Positions 28,881 to 39,316 are shown, counted from the first letter of the stretch. The stretch: 43,128 nt of DNA from Bacteroidales bacterium (GCA_030626465.1 DAOUOU010000001.1:1-43128); one strand, 5' to 3'. The notes: generated from the sequence alone by a model not told the origin. Numbers and translations are program-made.

Positions 28881-29993
28881 TTATTTCCTTATGAATGTTT
28901 CAATTTTATCACATATATAATCCTGCTGGTCAGCAGTAAGTTCCGTATGCATTGGTAAGGAAAGTACTGTTTTTGTAAGCATCTCAGTTATTGGAAAGCT
29001 TCCACGTACTTGAAATGCTTTCTGTGCATGTATGGGTACGGGATAATATATCATTGTTGGGATTCCCAGTTCAGACAGGTATTTTTTTAAGCCATCACGA
29101 TCACCGGTATACTTGATCGTGTATTGATGAAATACGTGATCTGAATAGTCCGGGATTACAGGAATCTCGATATTCTCAAAGTCATTTAGCCTGTCTGTAT
29201 AATAATTTGCTGCTTTCTGCCGGTTGGTAATGTACTGGTCGATGTATTTTAATTTTACATCAAGAATTGCTGCCTGTATAGTGTCAAGCCTTGAATTTAC
29301 GCCTACTTCATCATTATAGTACTTAACTTTGGCACCATGATTTGCTATGCATCGTATTTTTTCAGCCAGAGCATCATCATTGGTCATTAGTGCTCCTCCA
29401 TCACCAAAACAACCCAGGTTTTTAGATGGGAAAAATGATGTGCATCCTATTGTACCAAGTGTACCGGCTTTCCCTTTCAATTGGCCATCGTTATATGTAC
29501 CCCCTAATGCCTGTGCATTATCTTCAACGGCAAAGAGATTATTTTCTCTGGCGATGGCTAATAATTCTTTCATATTTGAGCATAGTCCATACAAATGAAC
29601 AGGTAAAATAGCTCTGGTATTTTTTGTTATCGCTTTTCTGACCTTATCAGGATCGATATTGAAACTAGTTGGATCAACATCAACCAGGACGGGTTTTAAT
29701 TTTAAGAGGGAAATTACCTCAACGGTGGCAATAAAAGTAAAATCAGGCGTAATTACCTCATCGCCTGGTTTTAAATCAAGAGCCATCAGGGCTATTTGAA
29801 GTGCATCGGTACCATTAGCACAAGCTATTACATGTTTGATTTTTAAGTAATTAGCCAGATTTGACTGAAATTCATTTACCTGGGGACCTTTTATGAAAGC
29901 ACTGGAATCAATTACCTGCTGAATAGCACTATCGATCTCGGACTTTATTTTGGAATACTGTCCGTATAGATCGACCATTTTAAGTGTGCTCAT
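28881..29993 (-). CDS. DegT/DnrJ/EryC1/StrS-family sugar aminotransferase
   Basis: NGTDALQIAL, AVEDNAQALG and the PLP-lysine region SFFPSKNLG; 370 aa. Confidence 0.9.
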   Translation of the reverse strand: MSTLKMVDLYGQYSKIKSEIDSAIQQVIDSSAFIKGPQVNEFQSNLANYLKIKHVIACANGTDALQIALMALDLKPGDEVITPDFTFIATVEVISLLKLKPVLVDVDPTSFNIDPDKVRKAITKNTRAILPVHLYGLCSNMKELLAIARENNLFAVEDNAQALGGTYNDGQLKGKAGTLGTIGCTSFFPSKNLGCFGDGGALMTNDDALAEKIRCIANHGAKVKYYNDEVGVNSRLDTIQAAILDVKLKYIDQYITNRQKAANYYTDRLNDFENIEIPVIPDYSDHVFHQYTIKYTGDRDGLKKYLSELGIPTMIYYPVPIHAQKAFQVRGSFPITEMLTKTVLSLPMHTELTADQQDYICDKIETFIRK

Positions 29994-30138
29994 TGGTACT
30001 GTAATTTTATTTGCGAAAATAAGATATTAAAAGCAACCTTCCTAAGAGATTAACCTTTTGCTAAGCAATAGATATGGATAAATTATAAATATTAAATTGT
30101 ATTACCTGTGTTTATAAATATTTGCTACTAATAATTTA

Positions 30139-30146
30139 TATTTTTG
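30139..30146 (+). promoter_or_regulatory. -7 promoter motif TATTTTTG
   Basis: Exact TAnnTTTG, 37 nt upstream of the TTG start at 30183. Confidence 0.4.
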
Positions 30147-30182
30147 TGAGCGATCTTATTTTTAAACCATAAAACATTCAAA

Positions 30183-31181
30183 TTGGATATTACACCTTTT
30201 ATAAAAGAATTGATTGTCCTGAACGAATGTGTTATCCTTAGAGGAGTTGGAGGTTTTGAGACTTCTTATATACACGCTTCATTCGATAAGGAGAAAAAGC
30301 TTATCATTCCTCCCGGTAAAAAAATAAATTTTCATCCGGACTGGATTAAAGATAATGAAGTTCTTGAAAATTATATTGCTGAATCGCTAGGGATAAGCAA
30401 AAGCAAAGCATCTGAATTTATCGATACTTTTGTTCAAAATTTTTATGAGGAGATCAAAAACAAGAACAAAGTTTTTCTTCATGGTATTGGAGAATTCAGT
30501 TTTGATCAGCATAGCAATCTTTTATTTACAGAAATAGAAAATGAAAATTATCTGGCTGAATCTTTTGGATTAGATACTCTTGATATTGACAGTGAGCCAA
30601 TAAAAGAAATGCTCAAAAAGAAAAAAGAGCCGGCGCCTGTGGTTACCCAAAAAAGAAAACTTACTGGCTGGTTTGTTACAATTGGTGTACTACTATTATT
30701 GATCTCTGTCACCACCTTCATTTTAATTTCGACCAGCAGGGGAATAAATGGGCTCAATCGTACGAAGAAATCATTAAGTGATAAGAAGAAGGAAATTATT
30801 GTGTTTGGTAAAAATAATCAGGCATTAGAGGATTCTGTCATGCGGTCAATTGAACAATCAATCACTGAGAGAACAATGCCAAAAAAAGCCCTTTCAGTAA
30901 GTCAAAACCAGGAAATACAATCATCTTCGAATGTTCACCCTCCTGCTGGCAGGTATTATCTGGTTGCAGGAAGTTTTAAAAATCGAAAGAACGCTGATAT
31001 ATTGAAAAATCAATTAACACGAAAAGGATTCAACCCGGAAATCATGGTTACAGGAGGTAATTTTTATCGGGTGATTATTGGAGCCTACATTGACAGGAAA
31101 GAAGCTATAACAGAATTAAGGCGAATACGAGTACAAATTGATCATTCGGTTTGGCTGCTGGAAAACAATATATCTAATTAA
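30183..31181 (+). CDS. HU-like-domain / SPOR-domain membrane protein
   Basis: The N-terminal tandem HU-like module ([10 protein letters not shown] ... [10 protein letters not shown]), a central TM helix ([20 protein letters not shown]) and a C-terminal SPOR domain ([21 protein letters not shown] ... YRVIIGAY). The start is TTG because no in-frame ATG lies upstream. Confidence 0.75.
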   Translation: MDITPFIKELIVLNECVILRGVGGFETSYIHASFDKEKKLIIPPGKKINFHPDWIKDNEVLENYIAESLGISKSKASEFIDTFVQNFYEEIKNKNKVFLHGIGEFSFDQHSNLLFTEIENENYLAESFGLDTLDIDSEPIKEMLKKKKEPAPVVTQKRKLTGWFVTIGVLLLLISVTTFILISTSRGINGLNRTKKSLSDKKKEIIVFGKNNQALEDSVMRSIEQSITERTMPKKALSVSQNQEIQSSSNVHPPAGRYYLVAGSFKNRKNADILKNQLTRKGFNPEIMVTGGNFYRVIIGAYIDRKEAITELRRIRVQIDHSVWLLENNISN

Positions 31182-33213
31182 TGCTACTTCCCGGATTGAC
31201 TGTATCATCCGAAGTGATAAATTTTAATGTTCCATCCTCATCTTCTGCCATAAGAATCATTCCCTGAGATTCGATCCCACGTATTTTTCTTGGTTCAAGA
31301 TTAATAAGTATACAAACTTGTTTGCCTATGATCTTTTTGGGTTCAAAAAATTCGGAAATACCGGCCACAACGGTACGCTTATCAATACCTGTATCAATAC
31401 TTAGTTGCATGAGTTTTTGTGTTTTTTGAACTTTCTCAGCATTCAGTATTGTTCCGATGCGGAGATCTAACCTGGCAAAATCGTCGTAGCTAATGATTTC
31501 TTTTTGTGGTTTCACAGAATTGTTGTTTGTTATAATTAAATCCTTGGTTTTTCTCAATTTATCAAGTTGTTTATCTATAACATCATCCTCAATTTTTGTA
31601 AATAATAACTCAGTTTTGTTTATGTGATGTCCCGGTTTGAGGAGATGGGCTGAGCCAATATCAGTCCATGGTACAGGACCGATATTCAGGAATTGACATA
31701 GCTTCTTGGCTGTATTTGGTAAGAAAGGGGCAATCAGAGTTGATAAACCGGCGGTAATTTGAAGCGAGATATTCATTATAGTCTCCACTCTTTCAGGATC
31801 TCTTTTCTGCAAATTCCATGGTTCTGTATCTGCAAGATACTTGTTTCCTAATCGGGCAAGGTCCATTGCATATTTAAGCGACTCTCTTATTCTGAAATTA
31901 TCCAGACTGTTTTCGACAGCTGTTTTCAATTCAGATATTTCAGCAAGGGTTTCTTTGTCATATTTGGTAAGAGAGTTTTGTGCCGGGACTCTCCCATTAT
32001 AATATTTATGTGTAAGAACTACAGAGCGATTGATAAAGTTACCAAGCACGGCAACCAGTTCGTTATTGTTTCTTGCCTGAAAATCTTTCCATGTAAAGTC
32101 ATTGTCTTTTGTTTCGGGAGCATTGGCACACAATACATAGCGCAGCACATCCTCTTTTCCGGGGAATTCTTGCAGGTATTCATGCAACCAGACAGCCCAG
32201 TTGCGCGAAGTGGAGATTTTATCACCTTCAAGATTTAAAAATTCGTTGGCAGGGACATTTTCAGGAAGGATATAGCTGCCTTCTGATTTCAGGATGGCAG
32301 GGAAAATAATGCAATGAAATACGATATTGTCTTTGCCAATAAAATGGATCATTCTGGTATCTTCCTGTTTCCAGTATTTTTCCCACTCAGGCGTAAATTC
32401 TTTAGTGGCTGAAATGTATCCGATAGGTGCATCGAACCAGACATATAGTACCTTACCTTCCGAGCCTTTTATTTCTCTTGGGACCGGAACTCCCCAGTCC
32501 AGATCCCTGCTGACTGCCCTTGGATGAAGACCTGCATCAAGCCATGACTTACATTGCCCATAGACATTTACCTTCCAATGCTTATTTTCTTCGAGTATCC
32601 AATTCTTTAAAAATTTTTCATGCTTGTCGAGAGGTAAAAACCAGTGCAGAGTTTCTTTTTGTACCGGCTCGGTACCACTGATTGTCGATTTGGGATTTTT
32701 CAGGTCGGCAGGACTTAAAGAAGTTCCACACTGTTCACATTGATCACCATATGCAGATCCATTGCCGCAATGAGGACATTCACCTGTTATATAACGGTCG
32801 GCCAAAAATTGGTTTGCTTCGGTATCAAAATATTGACTGGTTGTTTTTTCAATAAATTCGCCCTTATCGTATAGCTTTTTGAAAAAATCTGATGCCAATT
32901 CATAATGAGTCGATGATGTTGTTCGTGAATAGATATCAAAAGAGATCCCAAAATCTGCAAAAGCTTTTTTTATTAAAGTATGGTACTGATCAACTATAAC
33001 CTGAGGACTTACTCCTTCCTGTCTGGCCTTAATAGTAATTGGAACGCCATGTTCATCGGAACCACAAACAAAAATGACATCTTCTCCTTTCCAACGCAGG
33101 TATCGAACATAAATATCAGCAGGAACATAAACTCCGGCAAGATGACCAATATGTACCGGGCCATTGGCATATGGAAGGGCTGCTGTGATTAGATGCCTGT
33201 TGTAATTTTTCAT
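31174..33213 (-). CDS. metG: Methionine-tRNA ligase
   Basis: HIGH motif [14 protein letters not shown], zinc knuckles [23 protein letters not shown] variant KISTSRN, and a C-terminal tRNA-binding domain ([13 protein letters not shown]). Confidence 0.97.
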   Translation of the reverse strand: MKNYNRHLITAALPYANGPVHIGHLAGVYVPADIYVRYLRWKGEDVIFVCGSDEHGVPITIKARQEGVSPQVIVDQYHTLIKKAFADFGISFDIYSRTTSSTHYELASDFFKKLYDKGEFIEKTTSQYFDTEANQFLADRYITGECPHCGNGSAYGDQCEQCGTSLSPADLKNPKSTISGTEPVQKETLHWFLPLDKHEKFLKNWILEENKHWKVNVYGQCKSWLDAGLHPRAVSRDLDWGVPVPREIKGSEGKVLYVWFDAPIGYISATKEFTPEWEKYWKQEDTRMIHFIGKDNIVFHCIIFPAILKSEGSYILPENVPANEFLNLEGDKISTSRNWAVWLHEYLQEFPGKEDVLRYVLCANAPETKDNDFTWKDFQARNNNELVAVLGNFINRSVVLTHKYYNGRVPAQNSLTKYDKETLAEISELKTAVENSLDNFRIRESLKYAMDLARLGNKYLADTEPWNLQKRDPERVETIMNISLQITAGLSTLIAPFLPNTAKKLCQFLNIGPVPWTDIGSAHLLKPGHHINKTELLFTKIEDDVIDKQLDKLRKTKDLIITNNNSVKPQKEIISYDDFARLDLRIGTILNAEKVQKTQKLMQLSIDTGIDKRTVVAGISEFFEPKKIIGKQVCILINLEPRKIRGIESQGMILMAEDEDGTLKFITSDDTVNPGSSIN

Positions 33214-33250
33214 TTATGGAAATAGATTTTTTGCTAACAATGGTCTTTCT

Positions 33251-33258
33251 TAGATTTG
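33251..33258 (+). promoter_or_regulatory. Candidate -7 motif TAGATTTG (LD-carboxypeptidase gene)
   Basis: Exact TAnnTTTG, 87 nt upstream of the ATG at 33345. Confidence 0.3.
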
Positions 33259-33293
33259 TATATTGTGAATACTACTTAACATAAAATATCCCG

Positions 33294-33301
33294 CAAAGAT
33301 A
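33294..33301 (-). promoter_or_regulatory. Candidate -7 motif TATCTTTG (metG)
   Basis: caaagata on the plus strand is an exact TAnnTTTG on the minus strand, 81 nt upstream of the metG ATG (33213). Confidence 0.3.
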
Positions 33302-33344
33302 TGGAAAAGCAGTACTTTAGGAAATAAATATATAGCAAACTTCC

Positions 33345-34256
33345 ATGGGTACAGCAACAATTCCAAAACTTCTTACAAAGGGCGATGAAATCAGGATTGT
33401 AGCTCCGGCAAGTGCGGTTCAAAAAGACTACATTGATAAATCAGTAGTTGCGCTTTCGGGTTTGGGGTATAAAACTACAGTAGGGAAATATGTTTTTTCC
33501 GAAGATAACCAGTTTGCAGGAACCGATGAAGAAAGGCTTAGGGATTTCCAGGATGCAGTGAATGATCAGAAAGTGAAAGCTGTTTTCTGTGCGAGGGGGG
33601 GCTATGGATCCTCACGAATTATTGATAAGATAGATTTCTCGGACTTTAGATCAAATGCAAAATGGATTGTGGGATTTAGTGATATAACTGTATTTCACTC
33701 TCTCATGAATTGTACTTATAATATTGCCACAATTCATTCACCGATGCCTGTGAATAGTGAAAGCTCTTATTTTGCATCTAACCTCAAACAACTTGATGAG
33801 ATTCTGAGAGGGAAAAGAAATGATATTCAAATTCCTTATCATCCGCTTAATCGCAAAGGTCAAAGCAGGGGAAAGATCACAGGGGGAAATCTATCCATTC
33901 TTCATAACTTGCAATCGACTCCTTTTGAGATAAAAACAGAAAATACCGTATTATTTATTGAAGATATGGGTGAGCAGCTTTATCACCTCGATCGAATGTT
34001 AAACAACCTCTTGTTATCGGGTAAATTGGAAAAACTTAAGGGCCTGGTTGTAGGGAGTATGACTGAGATGCAGGATAAGAAAAGGCCATTTGGAAAAACA
34101 GCATACCAAATAGTACTGGATGCCGTGAAAAATTTCGAATTTCCTGTTGCATTTGATTTTCCTGCCGGACATATTGAAAACAATATCCCTTTTGTTTTGG
34201 GAGTCAGTACAGAGTTGATGGTTGGCAATACGAATACTGTTTTAAAATACGATTGA
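33345..34256 (+). CDS. LD-carboxypeptidase (peptidase S66, LdcA-like)
   Basis: CARGGYGS, the nucleophile motif VGFSDITV, and C-terminal FPAGHI (catalytic His region). Confidence 0.85.
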   Translation: MGTATIPKLLTKGDEIRIVAPASAVQKDYIDKSVVALSGLGYKTTVGKYVFSEDNQFAGTDEERLRDFQDAVNDQKVKAVFCARGGYGSSRIIDKIDFSDFRSNAKWIVGFSDITVFHSLMNCTYNIATIHSPMPVNSESSYFASNLKQLDEILRGKRNDIQIPYHPLNRKGQSRGKITGGNLSILHNLQSTPFEIKTENTVLFIEDMGEQLYHLDRMLNNLLLSGKLEKLKGLVVGSMTEMQDKKRPFGKTAYQIVLDAVKNFEFPVAFDFPAGHIENNIPFVLGVSTELMVGNTNTVLKYD

Positions 34257-34262
34257 GTTTTT

Positions 34263-34619
34263 ATGGCTTTGCACAACGAAATAGGGAAAAGAGGCGAATT
34301 ATTAGCTGCCAGCTATATACAAGGCAAAGGGTATGAAATTGTAGAATCTAACTGGAGATACAAGCATAAGGAGGTAGATATAATTGCCTATGATGGTGAT
34401 GAACTGGTTATTGTGGAGGTAAAATTAAGAAGCACCGATTATTTTGGAGAGCCGAGTGAAGCGGTAACAAAAAAAAAGCAAGGCTTTCTGATTGAAGCTG
34501 CTGAAGCCTATCTTTATACTATTGAAAATGCGCCTGAAGTGCGGTTCGATATTATATCCATAGTTACTTCCGGCGATGGATATAAGTATGACCATATTAC
34601 TGATGCTTTTAATCCTTGA
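34263..34619 (+). CDS. yraN: YraN-family (UPF0102) endonuclease-like protein
   Basis: 118 aa with GKRGELLAASYIQGKGYEIVESNWR...EVDIIA....LVIVEVK, the PD-(D/E)xK pattern typical of YraN. Confidence 0.85.
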   Translation: MALHNEIGKRGELLAASYIQGKGYEIVESNWRYKHKEVDIIAYDGDELVIVEVKLRSTDYFGEPSEAVTKKKQGFLIEAAEAYLYTIENAPEVRFDIISIVTSGDGYKYDHITDAFNP

Positions 34620-34620
34620 T

Positions 34621-34965
34621 ATGAACATAGAAGTTTTACGTGAATATTGCCTGTCTAAAAAATTTGTCAGAGAAAGTTTTCCTTTCGATGAATCAACTCT
34701 TGTCTTTAAGGTTTTTGATAAAATGTTTGCACTTACAAACCTGGGAGGCGAACTGCGTATTAACCTGAAATGTGATCCTGAACTGGCTGTGCAACTTCGT
34801 GAAGACAATTCAGCGGTTATTCCCGGATATCATATGAATAAAAGATATTGGAACGCAGTCATATTAGATGGATCAGTAAGTGATAAGCTGATTAAACAAT
34901 GGATAGACCATTCTTATGATGAGGTAGTAAAAAAATTACCAAAAATAAAACGTGATAAGTTATAA
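34621..34965 (+). CDS. MmcQ/YjbR-family DNA-binding protein
   Basis: The start is moved to the ATG at 34621 (MNIEVLREYCL...), 1 nt after the yraN stop. Family-like motifs: ESFPFDESTLVFKVFDKMFAL and PGYHMNKRYWN. Confidence 0.8.
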   Translation: MNIEVLREYCLSKKFVRESFPFDESTLVFKVFDKMFALTNLGGELRINLKCDPELAVQLREDNSAVIPGYHMNKRYWNAVILDGSVSDKLIKQWIDHSYDEVVKKLPKIKRDKL

Positions 34966-34985
34966 GAGCGATTACATTTTATACA

Positions 34986-35014
34986 GAATGATTTGAAAAA
35001 GCTCCCTGCCAGTA
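34986..35014 (-). terminator. Intrinsic terminator after cysK (minus strand)
   Basis: An 8-bp stem gctccctg/cagggagc (34991-98 / 35007-14) with an 8-nt loop is followed on the minus strand by T5 (A5 at 34986-90). It lies 34 nt past the cysK stop. Confidence 0.6.
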
Positions 35015-35047
35015 AACAGGGAGCCAAGTATATGTAGCAGTTTGCAA

Positions 35048-35959
35048 TCAGAACAATCCTTCAATTGAAAGATACCTTTCTCCTGAGTCATAATTAAATC
35101 CCAAAACTTTCGCTCCCTTTGGAATTTCAGTCAATTTCTTTGCTATAGCTGCAAGGGTGGCTCCTGATGAAATTCCAACCAATAAGCCTTCCTCTTTTGC
35201 CGATTTTTGTGCAAACTCGAAGGCCTCTTCTTTTGAAATTTGAATGGTCCCGTCCAGTATGTTTGTGTGCAGATTATGTGGAATAAAACCTGCTCCAATT
35301 CCCTGTATTGTGTGTGGTCCGGGTTCTCCTCCGCTAATAACAGGCGATGTTTCAGGTTCGACGGCAAAAACTTTCATAGCATGGAATTTTTCTTTTAAAA
35401 CTTCAGCTACTCCTGTAATATGCCCGCCTGTGCCTACCCCTGTAATAAGGTAATCTAACCCGTCAGGAAAGTCATTCAGGATTTCCAGTGCAGTTGCACT
35501 TTTGTGAATTTCAATATTGGCAGGATTGTCAAACTGAGAAGGCATCCATGCCATTGGATTTTCGTTCACAATCTGTTGTGCTTTTTCAATAGCTCCTTTC
35601 ATTCCTTTCTCCCGGGGAGTAAGTTCAAATTCGGAACCAAATGCAGCCATTATTTTCCTGCGCTCGACTGACATCGATTCGGGCATTACCAGAATTAATT
35701 TGTATTTCTTAACGGAGGCAACCATGGCCAATCCAATACCGGTATTTCCCGAGGTAGGCTCAACAATTACCGAACCTTTTTTTAACTTTCCTTTCTTTTC
35801 AGCATCTTCGACCATGGCCAATGCTATACGGTCTTTTATGCTACCTGCCGGATTGGATCTTTCGAGTTTGATCCATACCTCGTGTGTATTACCAAAGATG
35901 TTGTTGATTTTTAAATGAGGAGTGTTTCCTACTGCTTCAAGTATTGTGTTCAGTTTCAT
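35048..35959 (-). CDS. cysK: Cysteine synthase A (O-acetylserine sulfhydrylase)
   Basis: PLP lysine motif [21 protein letters not shown] and [10 protein letters not shown]. Confidence 0.95.
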   Translation of the reverse strand: MKLNTILEAVGNTPHLKINNIFGNTHEVWIKLERSNPAGSIKDRIALAMVEDAEKKGKLKKGSVIVEPTSGNTGIGLAMVASVKKYKLILVMPESMSVERRKIMAAFGSEFELTPREKGMKGAIEKAQQIVNENPMAWMPSQFDNPANIEIHKSATALEILNDFPDGLDYLITGVGTGGHITGVAEVLKEKFHAMKVFAVEPETSPVISGGEPGPHTIQGIGAGFIPHNLHTNILDGTIQISKEEAFEFAQKSAKEEGLLVGISSGATLAAIAKKLTEIPKGAKVLGFNYDSGERYLSIEGLF

Positions 35960-35991
35960 CTCAATGAATTTTTATGATGTCTTAAATTGAT

Positions 35992-36840
35992 TTAAATTAT
36001 AAAATTGATAGGCTCATCCTTTATTGTACTATCGCGTATTATTGTCTTACTTTCATGGTAAACCACACTGTAGGGAGCTACACTTTTTGTAAGCCAGACA
36101 TTGCCTCCAATAACAGTGTCATGCCCTATAATAGTGTCACCTCCAAGAATGGAACTACCTGAATAGATGATAACATTATCTTCGATGGTGGGATGGCGTT
36201 TTGTTCCGCGCATGCTTTTTTCTACCATAATGGCTCCCAGCGTAACTCCCTGATATATTTTTACATTGTTACCTATGATGGCAGTCTCTCCTATCACAAT
36301 TCCTGTTCCATGATCAATGAACAAATTCTTACCAATTTCAGCTCCCGGATGAATTTCAATGCCTGTTTTGCTATGTGCATACTCGGACATCATTCTGGGA
36401 AGAAAAGGAATTTTTGATTTGTAGAGAACATGTGCCAGCCGGTAGACTGTTATGGCATAAAAACCCGGATAATACAATATTACACTTTCCATCGATCGTG
36501 CTGCAGGATCGAAATCAAGAAAATGTTTCGCGTCATCCATCAGGTTTTTATAGATATGCGGAACTTTCGTGAAAAAATCAATACTGATATCACTTAATGA
36601 TCTATCAAGTGTTTTTTCAAGCGGGCTCAGAAGATTTCTGAAATCAAGCTGCAATTGAGCCAGATTCAATTCAATCTGAGGAAGAGTGCATTTTCTATCC
36701 ACCTTAAAAGGGAAAAGAAAATTTATAAGGTTTTCAGTAAAGTCATGGGCCTTAATCATTGATGGCACATCTTTTCTGAAATTGTTGTATTTATCAAGCA
36801 AAAAATCGGGAAAATTATCAAAATTGTCCATTGTATTCAT
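35992..36840 (-). CDS. cysE: Serine O-acetyltransferase (long N-terminal-domain form)
   Basis: Hexapeptide C-terminal half (GIEIHPGAEIGKNLFIDHGTGIVIGETAIIGNNVKIYQGVTLG); directly upstream of cysK. Confidence 0.9.
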   Translation of the reverse strand: MNTMDNFDNFPDFLLDKYNNFRKDVPSMIKAHDFTENLINFLFPFKVDRKCTLPQIELNLAQLQLDFRNLLSPLEKTLDRSLSDISIDFFTKVPHIYKNLMDDAKHFLDFDPAARSMESVILYYPGFYAITVYRLAHVLYKSKIPFLPRMMSEYAHSKTGIEIHPGAEIGKNLFIDHGTGIVIGETAIIGNNVKIYQGVTLGAIMVEKSMRGTKRHPTIEDNVIIYSGSSILGGDTIIGHDTVIGGNVWLTKSVAPYSVVYHESKTIIRDSTIKDEPINFII

Positions 36841-37088
36841 TGTTTATAAGTAAGAGCAATTCATCGAACTAAAAAAAGGGAGAATAATGTTACCGGCAAA
36901 TAAACGAAAAGCTTCATTGCAAATCAACACATACAAACTCCACCATTCGAATAACCAGCGAGGCAAGACTGGGAATTCCAGGTAAATCGTGATAATATAG
37001 TGCTGATTTTCATAGTTGTATGTCGATGACGTAAATTTCAGAATTATTTCTTATATATAGACTAAAACATGTAAAATTGTTAGGGAAG

Positions 37089-37904
37089 CTATTGTTTATT
37101 ATTTCTTTCCATATAAACCAGTTTGTTGTAAGATGTAATAAGTCCTTTTATTACTGAAGAACTAAAACCCTGATGCTCCATTTCGTTTAAACCTGAAATA
37201 GTAATTCCTTGTGGAGTTGTTACTTTATCAATCTCTGCTTCGGGATGCGAATGATTTTCATGAAGCAATTGTGCTGCTCCTTTTACAGTTTGGGAAACAA
37301 TAAATTCTGAGACTTCTGCACTGAAACCAATTTCAATACCTCCCTGGGTGGCAGCACGGACAAAGCGCAAAGCAAAGGCAATACCACAAGCTCCTAAAAC
37401 TGTAACTGCATCCAGAAGATCTTCCTGGAGAAGGATGGTCTTCCCAAGTTGTTCAAACAGATTAATTGTTTTCTCTTCCTGTTCTTCACTGGTATTATTG
37501 AAGCAGATACATGTCATCGATTCTTTGATCTCTATAGCAGTGTTGGGCATGATTCTGACAGTTGGATGTGTGCCAATAACATCTGAAATTTCTGAAAGGC
37601 TGACCCCGGTCACGGTAGAAACAAGAATCTGATCAGGTTTTAAGTTTGGTTTCAGCTCTTCCAGAACCGATGTAAACTGTTGGGGTTTTACCGAAACAAT
37701 TACTATTTCTGCATCTTTAACTGCCATTTCAATAGCATTGTCAATAACACGGAAGCCAGTATCTTCAAGATACTTAATGCGATGTTTTCTTTTTTCACAT
37801 ATTACCAGGCTTTCCTTGGATAATTCATCTAAAGAAAGTATTCCCTTGGCAATTGATGATCCAAGATTTCCTCCACCGATGATAGCAATTTTTGAAAAGT
37901 TCAT
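37089..37904 (-). CDS. proC: Pyrroline-5-carboxylate reductase
   Basis: NADP fold IAIIGGGNLGSSIA, VRIMPNTA, and C-terminal VTTPQGITISGL. Confidence 0.9.
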   Translation of the reverse strand: MNFSKIAIIGGGNLGSSIAKGILSLDELSKESLVICEKRKHRIKYLEDTGFRVIDNAIEMAVKDAEIVIVSVKPQQFTSVLEELKPNLKPDQILVSTVTGVSLSEISDVIGTHPTVRIMPNTAIEIKESMTCICFNNTSEEQEEKTINLFEQLGKTILLQEDLLDAVTVLGACGIAFALRFVRAATQGGIEIGFSAEVSEFIVSQTVKGAAQLLHENHSHPEAEIDKVTTPQGITISGLNEMEHQGFSSSVIKGLITSYNKLVYMERNNKQ

Positions 37905-37918
37905 TTCATGTTGGGTTT

Positions 37919-37940
37919 AAAAAAAAAGCCCGATTGGGGT
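37919..37940 (-). terminator. Weak terminator-like element after pgk
   Basis: On the minus strand a short GC stem (ccc-aatc-ggg) is followed by T9 (A9 at 37919-27 on plus). The stem is only 3-4 bp, and the T-run ends 15 nt before the proC ATG. Confidence 0.3.
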
Positions 37941-37989
37941 GTAAAAATAAACCAAATCAGACACTTAACGAAATTTTATTGGTAAAGGT

Positions 37990-39189
37990 TTAGCCTCGAA
38001 TTGCTTTTATACCAGGCAACTCCTTACCTTCCATATATTCCAGCATAGCTCCACCACCTGTTGATACATAACTGACTTTATCTGCAAGGTGATTTTTGTT
38101 AATAGCTGCAACAGAATCTCCACCGCCAATAAGGGTAAAAGCTCCTTCTGAAGTAACTTCGGCCAATGCTTTAGCAACAGCAGTTGTTCCGGCAGCAAAT
38201 TTATCCATTTCAAATACGCCCATGGGCCCGTTCCAGAGAATTGTTTTTGATTCGTTTATTACCTTGGTAAAAATTGCTATTGTTTCACTGCCAATATCAA
38301 GCCCCATCCAGCCATCGGGCGTTTCATCGGTCTTAGAAGTATTAGTGTTTGCTTTTGCGTCAAAATTATCAGCATTGACAGCATCGGTTGGAATGTATAC
38401 TTTCACATTATTCTCCCTGGCCTTTTTAAGAATTTTCAAAGCCAGATCAAGTTTATCTTCTTCACAAAGAGATTTACCAATTTGACCACCCAGTGCTTTG
38501 ATGAATGTGTAGGTCATTCCTCCTCCAATAAGCAGGTTATCAATCCTGGACAATAGATTTTCAATTACCTGTATCTTATCTGATACTTTTGCGCCACCCA
38601 TAATAGCTGTAAAAGGATTCCTCGATATATTCAGTGCTGTGTCCATCATCTGCAGTTCCTTATTTATTAAGAAGCCAAACATTTTGTCATGTTCAGTGAA
38701 ATATTTTGTAATAATTGTTGTGGAAGCATGTGCACGGTGAGCAGTTCCAAAAGCATCATTCACATAGCAATCAACACCTTCAGCAAGTTTGGCAGCAAAA
38801 TTTTCATCTCCCTGAGTTTCTTCTTTATAAAACCTTAGGTTTTCCAGAACAAGCACTTCACCTCCCGAAAGGGATTTTTTTAATTCCAATGTATTATCTC
38901 CAATACAATCATCAGCAAATTTCACTTCCACACCCTGAAGATGATTTTTGAGTTGTTTGATTACATGCTTCAATGAAAATTTGTCTTCAGGACCTTCTTT
39001 TGGTCGCCCCAAATGCGACATCAGGACCACCGAACCTCCATCACTTATAATTTTTTTTATTGTGGGCAAAGCACCCCTTATTCTTGTGTCATCAGTTACT
39101 TCTAATGTTTCTTTATTGAGGGGAACATTAAAATCGACACGTACGATCGCTTTCTTACCCGAAAAGCTATAATTATCAATTGTTTGCAT
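37990..39189 (-). CDS. pgk: Phosphoglycerate kinase
   Basis: [36 protein letters not shown] and STGGGA motifs; 399 aa. Confidence 0.97.
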   Translation of the reverse strand: MQTIDNYSFSGKKAIVRVDFNVPLNKETLEVTDDTRIRGALPTIKKIISDGGSVVLMSHLGRPKEGPEDKFSLKHVIKQLKNHLQGVEVKFADDCIGDNTLELKKSLSGGEVLVLENLRFYKEETQGDENFAAKLAEGVDCYVNDAFGTAHRAHASTTIITKYFTEHDKMFGFLINKELQMMDTALNISRNPFTAIMGGAKVSDKIQVIENLLSRIDNLLIGGGMTYTFIKALGGQIGKSLCEEDKLDLALKILKKARENNVKVYIPTDAVNADNFDAKANTNTSKTDETPDGWMGLDIGSETIAIFTKVINESKTILWNGPMGVFEMDKFAAGTTAVAKALAEVTSEGAFTLIGGGDSVAAINKNHLADKVSYVSTGGGAMLEYMEGKELPGIKAIRG

Positions 39190-39221
39190 GACTGAAGTGT
39201 TTGAGATTTTAAAATGAGCTG

Positions 39222-39229
39222 CAAATGTA
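39222..39229 (-). promoter_or_regulatory. -7 promoter motif TACATTTG for pgk
   Basis: Exact TAnnTTTG on the minus strand, 33 nt upstream of the pgk ATG (39189). Confidence 0.45.
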
Positions 39230-39246
39230 AAAAAACTATTTTTATT

Positions 39247-39254
39247 TACCTTTG
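39247..39254 (+). promoter_or_regulatory. -7 promoter motif TACCTTTG for holB
   Basis: Exact TAnnTTTG, 63 nt upstream of the ATG at 39317, back-to-back with the pgk motif. Confidence 0.4.
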
Positions 39255-39316
39255 GAATGCAACTTACAGAGTTGCTTTTATATGATTAAGCACTTAATTT
39301 AGATTTTATTCAGATA

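Noticed and set aside
28321-28920. 199-aa ORF on the plus strand, plus a 96-aa ORF at 28392-28682, fully antisense to the LbH acetyltransferase gene
   Set aside because: The translation is low-complexity and hydrophobic with no motifs or start context. Hexapeptide-repeat genes have biased codon usage that keeps opposite-strand frames open. The sense gene has clear family motifs and operon context.
34425-34808. 127-aa minus-strand ORF spanning the yraN / yjbR junction
   Set aside because: It overlaps two well-supported plus-strand genes, and its Ser/Arg-rich translation is typical of an antisense frame.
36841-37088. SAM-I riboswitch upstream of cysE
   Set aside because: Reading the minus strand, I could not find the conserved SAM-I core (GGAGGGA...GGCCC...GCAACC...GGUGCUAA). 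The region is kept only as an unexplained long leader.
38096-38485. 129-aa antisense ORF inside pgk
   Set aside because: It is a shadow ORF. The pgk frame carries all canonical motifs.
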